Shown: positions 47,344 to 57,474, counted from the first letter of the stretch. The stretch is 64,000 bases of DNA from Promethearchaeota archaeon (GCA_048939765.1 JBHLPF010000003.1:1-64000), one strand, 5' to 3'. Program-made: numbers and translations. The notes: a model not told the origin generated them from the sequence alone.

Positions 47344-49050
47344 TTACCGATTGAGAATCCTATCAAGAACTCTCAACAAGGGAATTCCCACGGCCAGGGC
47401 CTGATTTATCGTCATCAGCTTAATGACTAATAGACCTAACGCTCCGCCCACGAACGATAGCATCCAGATCAGTTGCACTTGAATAGCCGGGATTGGAAAC
47501 GAAAAAACAAGGTTCACAGCCCATTCGAGTCCCAGGATCTGGGGGCCAAAGTAAAGCATGACGAATGCAAGAACGAAGCCCAAACCGAAGCCAAAGACCT
47601 GCGAATGCCATGCAGTTTGGGCTCGCCCTCCAAAGACTTTCAGCGGATTCATCATATTATTGGGATCAATCTCTTTCTTCAGCTGTGACAGCTTCGCAAT
47701 CTTCTCTTCACCGTAGAACTCTTTTGAGTGTCTGGTATTCCAGAGTGCTACCGCATAGGGATGTCCTTCATACTTTCCAGCCAAAGCAGCAATGTCAAAA
47801 GATCGGTGCCACCCTATTGTGTGCCTGATTTTCTTTCTCTCATCGTCAAGAATCCACACTAGGTAGGATGCCACTCCATCAGCGCCGATAGTTCCTTCAA
47901 CGGCGAATTTCGAACTACCTAACTTGTTCAAGGTGTTTCGGTGAAGCTCAGGGAGGCGATCCACAGGAGTCGTGACCTCAGCTGGAATCAAACTAGGTCC
48001 TTGTCTCTTGAATCTCAATGGATACAATCTTTCATCCCAATAGAAGTCTGCACGCTTCTCATCCAACATTATTCCATTATTCGCACTGACGAACTTCTCG
48101 ATTGCTTCAATTCCATCATCATTATCATAGATGGTTCCATGTAGTGCTCCGGCGAGTACGAATTTATTCCATTCAGCGGGGAAGCCAATCAAGGTCACTA
48201 ATTTAGAGGTGTGATTGCTGTCAAGATATCTTAGATGATAAGGCAATGCGCCGTCTATCATGAGCTGAGCAGCTTTGGCGAGGTCCTCTATTGAGTCGAA
48301 TGAGCATGCAAATGGACGAAGTTGGAGTTTGGGAATGGTTCGAAGTGTGACCTTGGTAATAATGCCAAGAGTTCCATAGGTTTTGGAGAGTACTTCATTG
48401 AGTCTGATTTTGCCACCTGCTTTCTCAGAGAGCCAAGCAGTCCCTTCAGCTGCTTCATCCTGCAAATCATCAGACTGAGGTCCTAGGACTACTTCGCCAA
48501 CTCGGACAATTTTGCCATTAGCCAGAACTGCTTCAATTCCAACCACTTGATCACCAATCTCACCATGCTTGGCTGATCCAATGCCGAAACCCCCACTGGC
48601 TACGAAACCTCCAACTGTTGCCGCTGTTGCGCTTGACGGATAGATCGGCAAAGTGGTGCCCATTCGCTCAAGAATCATCAGCAATTCCCGCCAGGTGATT
48701 CCTGCCTCAACCGTAACCGTGCAGGCATAGTCATCAAGATGTACAATCTTATTCATCTGCGTGAGACTCACGCAAAGTCCTCTCTTGACAGGAATAGAGC
48801 CTCCCCAGCCTGATGTTCCATTTCCCCTCGGAACAATTGGCAGGTGATTCCTGCTTGCGTAGCGGAGAAGTAATTGCAGCGATTTCACTGTGACTGGTTG
48901 AGCGACTAAATCGAATTCATTCTTGATAATCTGACTGGCTAGTGCTGGCAAATTGGCTGCATCTTCAGAGTATATGCGGCAGGTTTCACTGTCTGCAGTA
49001 ATATTATCAGCTCCCACGATGTCCTCCAATTCCTGTGGCACGACCTTCAT
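47344..49050 (-). CDS. FAD-linked oxidoreductase, GlcD/Dld fold with C-terminal two-TM anchor, copy 3
   Basis: PRGNGTSGWGG, YPSSATAATVGG, YGTLGIITK and DPNNMMNP, then two TMs. Confidence 0.9.
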   Translation of the reverse strand: MKVVPQELEDIVGADNITADSETCRIYSEDAANLPALASQIIKNEFDLVAQPVTVKSLQLLLRYASRNHLPIVPRGNGTSGWGGSIPVKRGLCVSLTQMNKIVHLDDYACTVTVEAGITWRELLMILERMGTTLPIYPSSATAATVGGFVASGGFGIGSAKHGEIGDQVVGIEAVLANGKIVRVGEVVLGPQSDDLQDEAAEGTAWLSEKAGGKIRLNEVLSKTYGTLGIITKVTLRTIPKLQLRPFACSFDSIEDLAKAAQLMIDGALPYHLRYLDSNHTSKLVTLIGFPAEWNKFVLAGALHGTIYDNDDGIEAIEKFVSANNGIMLDEKRADFYWDERLYPLRFKRQGPSLIPAEVTTPVDRLPELHRNTLNKLGSSKFAVEGTIGADGVASYLVWILDDERKKIRHTIGWHRSFDIAALAGKYEGHPYAVALWNTRHSKEFYGEEKIAKLSQLKKEIDPNNMMNPLKVFGGRAQTAWHSQVFGFGLGFVLAFVMLYFGPQILGLEWAVNLVFSFPIPAIQVQLIWMLSFVGGALGLLVIKLMTINQALAVGIPLLRVLDRILNR

Positions 49051-49052
49051 TG

Positions 49053-50249
49053 CTACTCGCCTCCTTTCTCATACCCCGAACGCAATGAATTTGCCACCAG
49101 CTGTGTAATGTCTAGAATTTGAATGCTATAACCTAGGGTAATTGTTGCTAGATCGAATGCCATTTCACATCTGGGGCATTCTGTCACAAGTAGCGATGCT
49201 GGAGTGACGGATGCATCCCTCAATCGCATCTCCGCAATCTGTGCGGACAAGTGTGGATCAATCATATTCAGAAGGGCATGCGATCCGCAACATCTGGTGT
49301 CTTCCTCAGAAGGGACCATTTCGACTCGATAGATTCCAGGAATCCTCTCTATCACGTTCCTAGGTTCTTTTGAAACACCGAGGACCCTAGCTGAAATGCA
49401 AGGATCGTGATAGGTGGCAGTAATCATAGGCTGCTCTTCGAAAGAAAGACGCCCTTTCTCGATGAGCTGGTTAAGGAACTGTGAAGCAGTTAGGAGCTCC
49501 ATCTTTCTCACAGCTGAAGTTCCTGAGCTCTTATGCATCGAACTAATCCAGGTGCTAGCACACGATGGACAACTAAACACTACTTTCCTTACGCCGAGAT
49601 CAGCAAGGGCTTGCGCATTCTTCTCAACCATGGTTGGAGTTCCTTCGGGTTCTCCAGCCCAAAGCAGAGGAGCTCCACAACATGATTCGTTCTCTCCGAG
49701 AAGAGTATATTCGACTCCTGCATGTTCCATGATTCTTATCATCGACTTGGCTACGGCATGGAGCTGGTGCTTCAGTGATACATTACATCCAAGAAAGTAT
49801 GCGACATCTGCTTTTGCATTGATTCTCGGCTCAACAATGTCCTCAATGCCCTCTGCCCACAGCATTCTGTTGGATTTGCCTATGGAAAATGGGTCGCCAG
49901 TTTTCTTGATTGACTCGCTGGCAAACTTGACTGGTGGTGGAGTAAGGTCTCTTTCTTTTGCCTCCTCGCGCATTAGTTCCCAGAACCTATCGAGCCTGAT
50001 ACTAGTTGTACAGACAGTCGTGCAATGTTCGCACAGTGTGCAGAGGAAGAGCTTCCTCGTAAAATCTGGATTGAACTCGGCTTCCTTTTCTAAAATCGAT
50101 TTTGTAATGCTTAGTTTTCCTCTAGGGCCGTATGGTTCCCATCTCATCTGGCGAAACACTGGACATACGAGTGTGCAATTACCACAAGATGCACAGACGT
50201 ACGGGTCGTTCTTCTGCCCGCTTTGTTCAATCGGCCCAGCTCTAGTCAT
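49053..50249 (-). CDS. HdrD/GlpC-type Fe-S oxidoreductase, copy 3
   Basis: CASCGNCTLVCP, CTLCEHCTTVC, CCG...CPSC and HDPC...CCGSH...CPRC. Start uncertain (ORF track extends to 50333). Confidence 0.9.
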   Translation of the reverse strand: MTRAGPIEQSGQKNDPYVCASCGNCTLVCPVFRQMRWEPYGPRGKLSITKSILEKEAEFNPDFTRKLFLCTLCEHCTTVCTTSIRLDRFWELMREEAKERDLTPPPVKFASESIKKTGDPFSIGKSNRMLWAEGIEDIVEPRINAKADVAYFLGCNVSLKHQLHAVAKSMIRIMEHAGVEYTLLGENESCCGAPLLWAGEPEGTPTMVEKNAQALADLGVRKVVFSCPSCASTWISSMHKSSGTSAVRKMELLTASQFLNQLIEKGRLSFEEQPMITATYHDPCISARVLGVSKEPRNVIERIPGIYRVEMVPSEEDTRCCGSHALLNMIDPHLSAQIAEMRLRDASVTPASLLVTECPRCEMAFDLATITLGYSIQILDITQLVANSLRSGYEKGGE

Positions 50250-50351
50250 TCCAAAGGAATGTCCATTATCTCGCCTTAAGACTGTTAGGCTAGGTTCAAA
50301 AATGAAAGGACACCGGAGCACACATACAGGCACTCCGGATTGTCTATAAAA

Positions 50352-51683
50352 CTAGGACAGGTCCTGAATCATCTCGCCAGCGCAGGCAATTCCGGACCTA
50401 GAAGCCGCTTCCATGCTGGCATAGTATATTCCACAGTTGGCAAATGACCCAGCAACATAGAGTCCTTCGACCCCGGTCCTATTCGTCTTGAGTCGGTCCT
50501 CCAAGATGCCAGGGGGCTGAGAAAGGACTGACCGCCAAATCTTCCAGCTCTTCTTCCAGGTGACCTTCTCTTCGACCCCAGGGATGAGTTCTTTGAGTTC
50601 ACTGAGGATTTCATCGGTCGCTTCCTCATCACTCATCTTCAGCAGTTCTTTATCGATACTGGTGACAGTCAATAGTGATTCGCCAATAGGAGCGAGGACT
50701 CCAGAGACCCGTTTCGCCTCAGCTACAATGTTGATCTTCCTGCCAGGTACAAAGGCACCAACATTGAAGTCAAGCACACGAGATGAAAGGCCGAAGTAGG
50801 CTACGGTTGATGGAGCATAAGTGAATTTACCAACAGCCTTGCCAAAATCGGCCGGTAGCTTGTTCATGTTCACAAGATTCGGAAGAAGGTCTATTGGTGT
50901 GGTCACCACGACTGCATCGGTATCAACGTGCTGATCCTTGCCATCTTGCTCGTAGTCGACTCCTTGAACCTTGCCGTCCTCAATAATGATTTGCTTGACC
51001 GTGGAGTTCACCTTTGGTTCTACCGCAAAGTTGCGTGCTTGAAGCATGAGCGTGTATGGGACACTCCCCAGTCCTCCTCGCTCAGGATACATCGCCTTGA
51101 ATCCATCCTCATATGCGAACCTCTGCTTCTCAGAGTATAGATACTGACCAGCAGAAACCTCGTCCGGAGTCATAAAGGTCACAGTTCTTATCAGTGGATC
51201 ATAGAAGTCCTCTTGGATGGACTCAGCTATGCCCTTTTCATCTGCATATTGAGAAAAGGTCATCTTATCTAGTTCAAGGAATTCTTCGTCAGGTCTGTTC
51301 ATACTCTCTTGGACAAGCAAACCCAGACGTGCCCTATCAGCAACAGGCAATAATCCGAACTTGGCGAGGTCCACCGCAGACTTGCGGACAATGTGTCTGT
51401 CTCCGCTCTTGAGCCAGACAGCTCCCTCTCCAACCGTGGTCATTCTGATTCCACTTCGTTCGAGAATTGGAATCAGTGATTTGAAACCACCAACAAAGAA
51501 GTGGAGGCCCTGATCAAACACGTAGCCAGATTCGGTGAAGGATCTGGCTCGTCCGCCCACAGTCTTCTCTTTCTCTAGGATTGTACATCGCGCCTTAAGC
51601 CCCTTAAGCTCCAGAGCACAGCTGAATCCAGCAATGCCCGCGCCTACAACCACAACCCTTGTCCCCTTTCTTGATTCGCTCAT
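50352..51683 (-). CDS. FAD-dependent oxidoreductase, amine oxidase/phytoene desaturase (HpnE-like) family
   Basis: GAGIAG, E....GGRARS, DQGLH and GLYVAG...ASMEAASRSG. Confidence 0.82.
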   Translation of the reverse strand: MSESRKGTRVVVVGAGIAGFSCALELKGLKARCTILEKEKTVGGRARSFTESGYVFDQGLHFFVGGFKSLIPILERSGIRMTTVGEGAVWLKSGDRHIVRKSAVDLAKFGLLPVADRARLGLLVQESMNRPDEEFLELDKMTFSQYADEKGIAESIQEDFYDPLIRTVTFMTPDEVSAGQYLYSEKQRFAYEDGFKAMYPERGGLGSVPYTLMLQARNFAVEPKVNSTVKQIIIEDGKVQGVDYEQDGKDQHVDTDAVVVTTPIDLLPNLVNMNKLPADFGKAVGKFTYAPSTVAYFGLSSRVLDFNVGAFVPGRKINIVAEAKRVSGVLAPIGESLLTVTSIDKELLKMSDEEATDEILSELKELIPGVEEKVTWKKSWKIWRSVLSQPPGILEDRLKTNRTGVEGLYVAGSFANCGIYYASMEAASRSGIACAGEMIQDLS

Positions 51684-51690
51684 TTGGTTC

Positions 51691-52815
51691 TCACTCCTCT
51701 ACAAGAGATGACTGTGCAAGATCCAAGATTAACTCGTCTAGCTGAATTACTTCCAAGTCTGTTTCACGTGCACAGTAGCTCAAGTTCTTATAACATGATA
51801 TGCATGTAGTAATCATTCCATCGACACCTAGCTCAACGGCTTCATTAACCCTTCTCTTCCCAACATCTTCAGACAATTGCGGGTCTAGGACCGTGAGGAA
51901 TCCGCCACAGCAATTTGCGTTCTCTTTATTATTAAGCAGCTCTACGAACTCTAGATTCGGAATTGCTCTGATGATCTCTCTTGGTTGCTCATATATGCCA
52001 AGTGCCCTTCCAAGATGACAGCTGTCATGAAATGTATAGCTTCCTTCTTTCCCCTTGAAAGTCAAGACACCATTTCGCACCATATTTGAAAGAACATCGA
52101 CAGTATGGTGTATCTGAACATCGAATTCCGGAATGACTTGCGCATAGTGTTCAGCTAGTGTTCCATAGCATCCTCCACAGCCTGTAACGATATGTTGGAT
52201 GCCTGCTTTCTTGAACATCTCATAGTTCTCGCGAGCTATTTTCTCAAAGCCAGCATCGTCACCAGCCCAGTATGACATGAGACCGCAGCAGACCTCACTG
52301 GGAACATACCCTGCGTCGACCTTCAGTTTCTGCAACATATCTACAACCATCTCAGGTTGATCTGGAAACCAGAAGCTACCCATACAACCACTGAAGATGG
52401 CTGTATTGGATTTCTCGGGCAATTCCAAGTCTTCAGCCCAGATGGTTCGGTCATCGGATTCGTATCCTATGAATGGCGTTCCTTCCTTGTCAAGCCAATC
52501 AATGACTTTCACGAGACTCTCTGACATTTCTCCTCCAGTCTTGAGGAGATTGGCCTTAGCTTCATGCCATATGTGAGTCACAGGCACTCCAGCTGGACAA
52601 ATAGCTTCGCACCTTCTGCAATCAGCGCAATATAGCCTCTGCAGCAATTCCTGAGGGGGATTTCTCATTTTTTCTCTATATGCCCTAAGTGCTCTGATCT
52701 TTCCTCCCGGACTGTCGAGTTCAGAGCCCAACTCAATATACATTGGGCATGTATCGCGACAATAGTTGCAGGACCCACAGTGGCGCATAGTTTCCTTGTC
52801 TATGTCAACTCTCAT
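51691..52815 (-). CDS. HdrD/GlpC-type Fe-S oxidoreductase, copy 4
   Basis: CGSCNYCRDTCP, CADCRRCEAICP, CCG...CGGC and HDSCHLGR...CCGG...CISC. Confidence 0.92.
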   Translation of the reverse strand: MRVDIDKETMRHCGSCNYCRDTCPMYIELGSELDSPGGKIRALRAYREKMRNPPQELLQRLYCADCRRCEAICPAGVPVTHIWHEAKANLLKTGGEMSESLVKVIDWLDKEGTPFIGYESDDRTIWAEDLELPEKSNTAIFSGCMGSFWFPDQPEMVVDMLQKLKVDAGYVPSEVCCGLMSYWAGDDAGFEKIARENYEMFKKAGIQHIVTGCGGCYGTLAEHYAQVIPEFDVQIHHTVDVLSNMVRNGVLTFKGKEGSYTFHDSCHLGRALGIYEQPREIIRAIPNLEFVELLNNKENANCCGGFLTVLDPQLSEDVGKRRVNEAVELGVDGMITTCISCYKNLSYCARETDLEVIQLDELILDLAQSSLVEE

Positions 52816-52827
52816 TGTCTTCTCACC

Positions 52828-54288
52828 TCATCTCCCCACATATCTTGATAGGCGCCTTATTCCAGCGGCCATTAGGAACAACACATTCATCCTGAAGTAT
52901 GACGTCATGCATGAGGTCACACGGTCTGGATTCATTATATTGCTCCGATCCCACTTTTCTTTTGCTGCCTTCATTAATTCTAATCTCTCTGGATATGCAC
53001 GCTTCATATAGATTGAATTCTGAAGGCCAATCGTGTAAGGCCCACCGCCAAGCGAAATAGCCTTCTTCACCATTTTATGCAATATGCCTTTGCTGCTTAT
53101 GAACTTGAGATACTGGTCGGGATTCAGCATTGCCATCAATTCAGCTCTAACCTTTCCTTGACTTCCGAGCATTGCGAACCAGATTGCAGGCACCTTGTGT
53201 GATTTCTTGTAGGACTCATACCTGTTGAGTAGGTCATAGAGCTTGTCTACCTCAAGTGAAACCTCCTGAAACATCAAGGTGTCACAGTGCTCCTTGGGGT
53301 TGAACTCGCTGTCATAACGTAGACTCCAATCATGAGCTGCATATTCAACACCAAGTTCCATTCCTCCATTGTCTGCAATTGTCCTCTTGAGTTCATCTAT
53401 TGGGACACTTTCCGGCTGATTGGGATAGACCGCTGTCAGGACATAATTGCCCTTCTCTAGTGGATTGCTGTAGCTCTGGAAGTCCTTGTCTGCAATCTTG
53501 AGATGGATCGGTTTCTGATCAATAGCAGCAATTTGCCGCATTGCATTGCACACATGCTCCAGGTGGTCAAATCCGTAGCTGAACGGAATGAAATCATCGG
53601 GCTTATCATGGATTCTCATTTTCACCTCTGTGATGACTCCAAGTATGCCATAAGACCCAAAGAATAGTCCTATCTCATCGCCACTGATTGTGACCAATTC
53701 GCCATCAGCATTCACGACCGTCAATTCAAGGATATTCTCGATCAGAGCTCCGTAGTAGGGAGTGCCAATGCCTGCTGTACCCCCGCATCCGATCCATCCA
53801 GCGATTACAGCTGATTTAGCGCTAGTTGGATAAATGCCAATGGTCTTCCCTTGTTTTGCGAGCTCAACATCGAGTCTGTCGAAGGGAACCCCTGGTTCAA
53901 GTCTGACATAGCCTTCATCTGTATTGATTTCAAGGATGGCATCCATCCGCTTGATGTCAAGAGATATCCCGCCGCGTGTTGGGCTCGATGACCCCAGGCA
54001 ACTTGATGCACCGCCTCTTGGGATGACGGGAATACCGTGAGCAGCCGCAGTTGTAACAACTTCCCTCACCTCATCCACATTCTCGACTCGTACAACATAG
54101 TCGACCAGATACTTCCCTTTCCAGCGGTAGTGGAATTGTGGGAGGGCTGCAGGATCGCCGCTATACACTATCCTCTCCAACAGCATGTTCGAAACTCGAT
54201 CCGGACTTACGGCTGCTGCAAGGTCTCGCATGACTTGGTCATCATATTTTGGAGTCTGGGTTTCCACTTGTTCTTCAGTCATAATCAT
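52828..54288 (-). CDS. FAD-linked oxidoreductase, GlcD/Dld fold, copy 4
   Basis: IPRGGAS, YPTSAKSAVIAGW, GSYGILGVIT and IMNPDR. Likely start MIMTEEQ overlaps the upstream stop. Confidence 0.9.
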   Translation of the reverse strand: MIMTEEQVETQTPKYDDQVMRDLAAAVSPDRVSNMLLERIVYSGDPAALPQFHYRWKGKYLVDYVVRVENVDEVREVVTTAAAHGIPVIPRGGASSCLGSSSPTRGGISLDIKRMDAILEINTDEGYVRLEPGVPFDRLDVELAKQGKTIGIYPTSAKSAVIAGWIGCGGTAGIGTPYYGALIENILELTVVNADGELVTISGDEIGLFFGSYGILGVITEVKMRIHDKPDDFIPFSYGFDHLEHVCNAMRQIAAIDQKPIHLKIADKDFQSYSNPLEKGNYVLTAVYPNQPESVPIDELKRTIADNGGMELGVEYAAHDWSLRYDSEFNPKEHCDTLMFQEVSLEVDKLYDLLNRYESYKKSHKVPAIWFAMLGSQGKVRAELMAMLNPDQYLKFISSKGILHKMVKKAISLGGGPYTIGLQNSIYMKRAYPERLELMKAAKEKWDRSNIMNPDRVTSCMTSYFRMNVLFLMAAGIRRLSRYVGR

Positions 54289-55484
54289 CACATCAAGAAT
54301 CCAACCGCATTGAGATAGAATCCTGTCAGCCCGAGTACTGTCCACATCAATACTGTAGGTAGGCCGAGATTGCATGTTTTCCACCCAGCGATATGGGTGA
54401 TGAGCGCTAGTGTTCCGAGTATCATGCTTAGTATTCCAACCCAGATATGCCAAGAGTGAATGAATAGCATCAGCTCAGCTGGGTTGATAAGATAGGATGG
54501 GTTCAAAGCAGTCCAAGCTCCAGGGTCTTCCTGAAATAGCCAAAGCACGTTGATTAATGTGAGGAAGTAGGCTATTGTTAGCATATACCCGTGAAATCTG
54601 GTGAATCTCTCTTCATCATAGTATTCGAGTGCTGTGCCAAGATACGCTAGTATCAATGCTGGAGCACCCAAATAGAACCCATAGTGCAACTTCGGTAGCG
54701 GAATGGCCTGCACTGTGTATTGTAAGGGCGGATCAGTGAATACTTCTATTCCACCTACATCCCTCGCGACTATCCGAAACTCTACTGTAGTGCCAGCCGG
54801 ATATCTTGGAATAGTTGCCTGATAGTATCCACCAACTTGTGTCATTGTAATGTTGGTCCACTCAGTAGTTGTGTTTGCCCTATGTTGTAGCACTGCTGAA
54901 ACAATACCTGCTTCCGAGCTTACATTCGCCGACACAAGTACACTCTCATTATCGAACGGAGACGTTGGCTCAATAGTGAAGTCTGCTATCGATGGTCCTT
55001 CTCCCACATGAATCACATTCACAATGATTGTAGTTCCTACCGCATAGCCACCGTTACCTGCAGCCCATATCTCAAGGGTATATGAGCCCGCTATCGCAGG
55101 CGCAGTCAATGTATAGTTGACTTCCATCTCCAGAGGGTCTGAATCAAGGTCACCTGCTAAGTTATCACGAACCAATCCATCACTGGGAATATTGAAGAGG
55201 GCATTGCTCTCCAAATTCAAGGGGAACTTGATGACTAGCGTAGTTGGCCCTGATGTTGCTGAAGCAGTGACAATAAACGAGAATTCCGCTCCTTCTTCAA
55301 CATCTACCGAAGTGTCCGTGCTTACTGTCATTCCAGTCGCAGTAGTATGACATCCCGTATTATCGCAGGCTCCCTGTTGAGTCACATAGGCAACAGTAGC
55401 TTGAGACGCTATGACGAGGGCTATGGCAGCAGCTAACACAACAATAATGGCATATCTTGATTTCCGCTTCACATCTGTCACCAT
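54288..55484 (-). CDS. Putative monoheme (CX4CH) surface domain + Ig-like domains fused to a His-bearing four-TM domain
   Basis: Signal/TM, CDNTGCH, two beta-rich domains, then TMs with RFHG and HSWHIW. Confidence 0.65.
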   Translation of the reverse strand: MVTDVKRKSRYAIIVVLAAAIALVIASQATVAYVTQQGACDNTGCHTTATGMTVSTDTSVDVEEGAEFSFIVTASATSGPTTLVIKFPLNLESNALFNIPSDGLVRDNLAGDLDSDPLEMEVNYTLTAPAIAGSYTLEIWAAGNGGYAVGTTIIVNVIHVGEGPSIADFTIEPTSPFDNESVLVSANVSSEAGIVSAVLQHRANTTTEWTNITMTQVGGYYQATIPRYPAGTTVEFRIVARDVGGIEVFTDPPLQYTVQAIPLPKLHYGFYLGAPALILAYLGTALEYYDEERFTRFHGYMLTIAYFLTLINVLWLFQEDPGAWTALNPSYLINPAELMLFIHSWHIWVGILSMILGTLALITHIAGWKTCNLGLPTVLMWTVLGLTGFYLNAVGFLM

Positions 55485-55628
55485 AGGTTGTGCACTGATG
55501 CACAGCGGCAAGCTACCCAGTAAAAAACCTTACCGGATGTTATGTATCATCAGATTTGAGTTTCATGTTCGTTTTCGAAAGTTTTGCTGTGGAATCACTT
55601 TGAGTTACCATCTGCAACCGAAATCTAC

Positions 55629-56117
55629 TCAATAATCGTGGTTCTTCCATCTGTAGAAGTCTGTACCTCTCCAATAGGACAATATCCTTGGAGTAATCCG
55701 AATTGCAATTCTGTTTCCCAAGGGATATCCGGCGCCGAGGAAATCTAGATACTTGGAGAGGAAGTTGATCGTAATCTCTTCATCAACAAGCTCCATCTCC
55801 ACCATCATGGCGCGACCCTTAATCATGACTCCGCGATTGGCTGCAGGTAGTACTGCGTTTCGCTCATCCACGGTTACACACACTTTTGTGTTCTTTCTGA
55901 TGTTTGCAATCTTGTGGCTACCTCTTGTGGTAATCATATAGATCTGCTTTGTAGGATCATGCCAGATATAGAACATCGCAGTTAGGTGCGGCAAGCATCC
56001 TGCTTCTGATGTTCCAAGGTATGAGAAAAAGCCTGACTTGAGGATACGCAAAGCTTCCTCTGGAATCTCCTTCGCGATTCTTATTGGAGCACCATGTGTC
56101 TTGGCTAGGAACATCAT
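55629..56117 (-). CDS. Pyridoxamine 5'-phosphate oxidase-like split beta-barrel flavin/F420-binding protein
   Basis: LGT...PHL, SHKIANIRKNTKVCVTVD, GVMIKGRA and IRITP...W. Confidence 0.8.
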   Translation of the reverse strand: MMFLAKTHGAPIRIAKEIPEEALRILKSGFFSYLGTSEAGCLPHLTAMFYIWHDPTKQIYMITTRGSHKIANIRKNTKVCVTVDERNAVLPAANRGVMIKGRAMMVEMELVDEEITINFLSKYLDFLGAGYPLGNRIAIRITPRILSYWRGTDFYRWKNHDY

Positions 56118-57371
56118 TCACACCCTCAGTATCTGCGGCTTAGCCTCTCTCCAGTATGTTATCTTCTCAGGCTCGACCCTCACCATGACTCTGGATACGA
56201 ATGGTTTGTTTTGCCATGCAAGGGGGAGGTCCTTTTCTTGTGTGTCATAGTACTTCATGTATCGTGGATATTTCCTACCAAAGAGAGACCGTACTCTGAG
56301 CATCCATAGTCCATAAAGATACAGTCTGAATAGTCCTAGTGGAGTTACCTCCCCAAGAATCATCGCCTTTCCGCGAAGCATAACAGCTCGATTTTTCATT
56401 ACATTCTTACTGTCTCTCAGATCTACAAGGATAGCGATGTTGGGGTTCTTCTTGATCTTCCGATATTTCGCAGAGGCGAGCGATATTCCGAAATACAAGT
56501 ACTTTCCATCATAGACAAAGATCACTGGAGTCACATGACTCTGGTTCTTTTCACAAAGAGCAACATATGCAAATCGTTCATTGTAGAGGATGCTCTCCAC
56601 ATCGGGCGGGAACCATGGAACTCGTTCCATAGCCAACAGACTTGCTCCCGATAGTGACAGGACAGCGGCGAAGAAGGCACCCAGTCCATACAGCAGCATT
56701 GGTTCAATGCTTGCCAGAGGCAGCAACAGGACGGCTGATGCAGCCCAATACAGATTGACTGAGTCCAAATACTTTAGGGTCCGAACTTCCGAATATGCAG
56801 TGTATTCAAGTCCCCTTCTCCGTCTTGCGGCGCGGCTGAGTGATATAGACCTCCTAGCCGCAAAGAGTGTGGTAATCAACGATAATCCAATTCGATAGGA
56901 AACGTCCCAAATAAGAACTGCAACTAGTGCCATTAGTATTGGGTTGCCAAATCCTGTTCCTAGGTTCTCAGCAAGAAGTGTCGGATTCAGGAGGATGAAT
57001 CCCCAAACACCAGCGAAAAGCGTGATTCCCATTGCAAGCTCGTACCGCCTATCCAGAAGAAGTCGGTTTTTGTATGACTCAAGAACTCTTCTTTCCTCAT
57101 CGTTAGTTGGATTTCTTAAGCGTCTCAGCCACGGGATGACATAAAGACATCCAGCGGACCATACAACAGTATATAGAATTGCCAATGTACCGTAGATGGC
57201 TGAGGTCAAAGGCATTTCGAAATACAGGAATCCAGCAATCCCTATCGCTTCGACCAATAGCAATTGGGCCAAAACGTCGTAAACTGGCGGGAGCCAGCTA
57301 AATGGAGGAACTCTGTCAACTATCTCCTCATAAATCCATTTTCTCTCGGCATGCTGGCTCGTCCCTTGCAT
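56118..57371 (-). CDS. Membrane protein (about six TMs) fused to a PNPOx-like domain
   Basis: Hydrophobic N-terminal half. C-terminal HVTPVIF, SAKYRKIKKNPNIAILVD, AVMLRGKA and VRVEPEKITYW. Confidence 0.75.
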   Translation of the reverse strand: MQGTSQHAERKWIYEEIVDRVPPFSWLPPVYDVLAQLLLVEAIGIAGFLYFEMPLTSAIYGTLAILYTVVWSAGCLYVIPWLRRLRNPTNDEERRVLESYKNRLLLDRRYELAMGITLFAGVWGFILLNPTLLAENLGTGFGNPILMALVAVLIWDVSYRIGLSLITTLFAARRSISLSRAARRRRGLEYTAYSEVRTLKYLDSVNLYWAASAVLLLPLASIEPMLLYGLGAFFAAVLSLSGASLLAMERVPWFPPDVESILYNERFAYVALCEKNQSHVTPVIFVYDGKYLYFGISLASAKYRKIKKNPNIAILVDLRDSKNVMKNRAVMLRGKAMILGEVTPLGLFRLYLYGLWMLRVRSLFGRKYPRYMKYYDTQEKDLPLAWQNKPFVSRVMVRVEPEKITYWREAKPQILRV

Positions 57372-57474
57372 TCATAGACAGGCTTCACACCAACTTATTT
57401 GCGTATCGAAACCACCGATTGGCTAGGGCTTTGATATTGTATCTTTAAGGGGGCACATCAGAATGGAATTCAGC

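Noticed and set aside
49414-50349. 311-aa plus-strand ORF
   Set aside because: It lies entirely antisense to a well-supported HdrD-type gene and has no recognisable motifs, so it is a shadow ORF.
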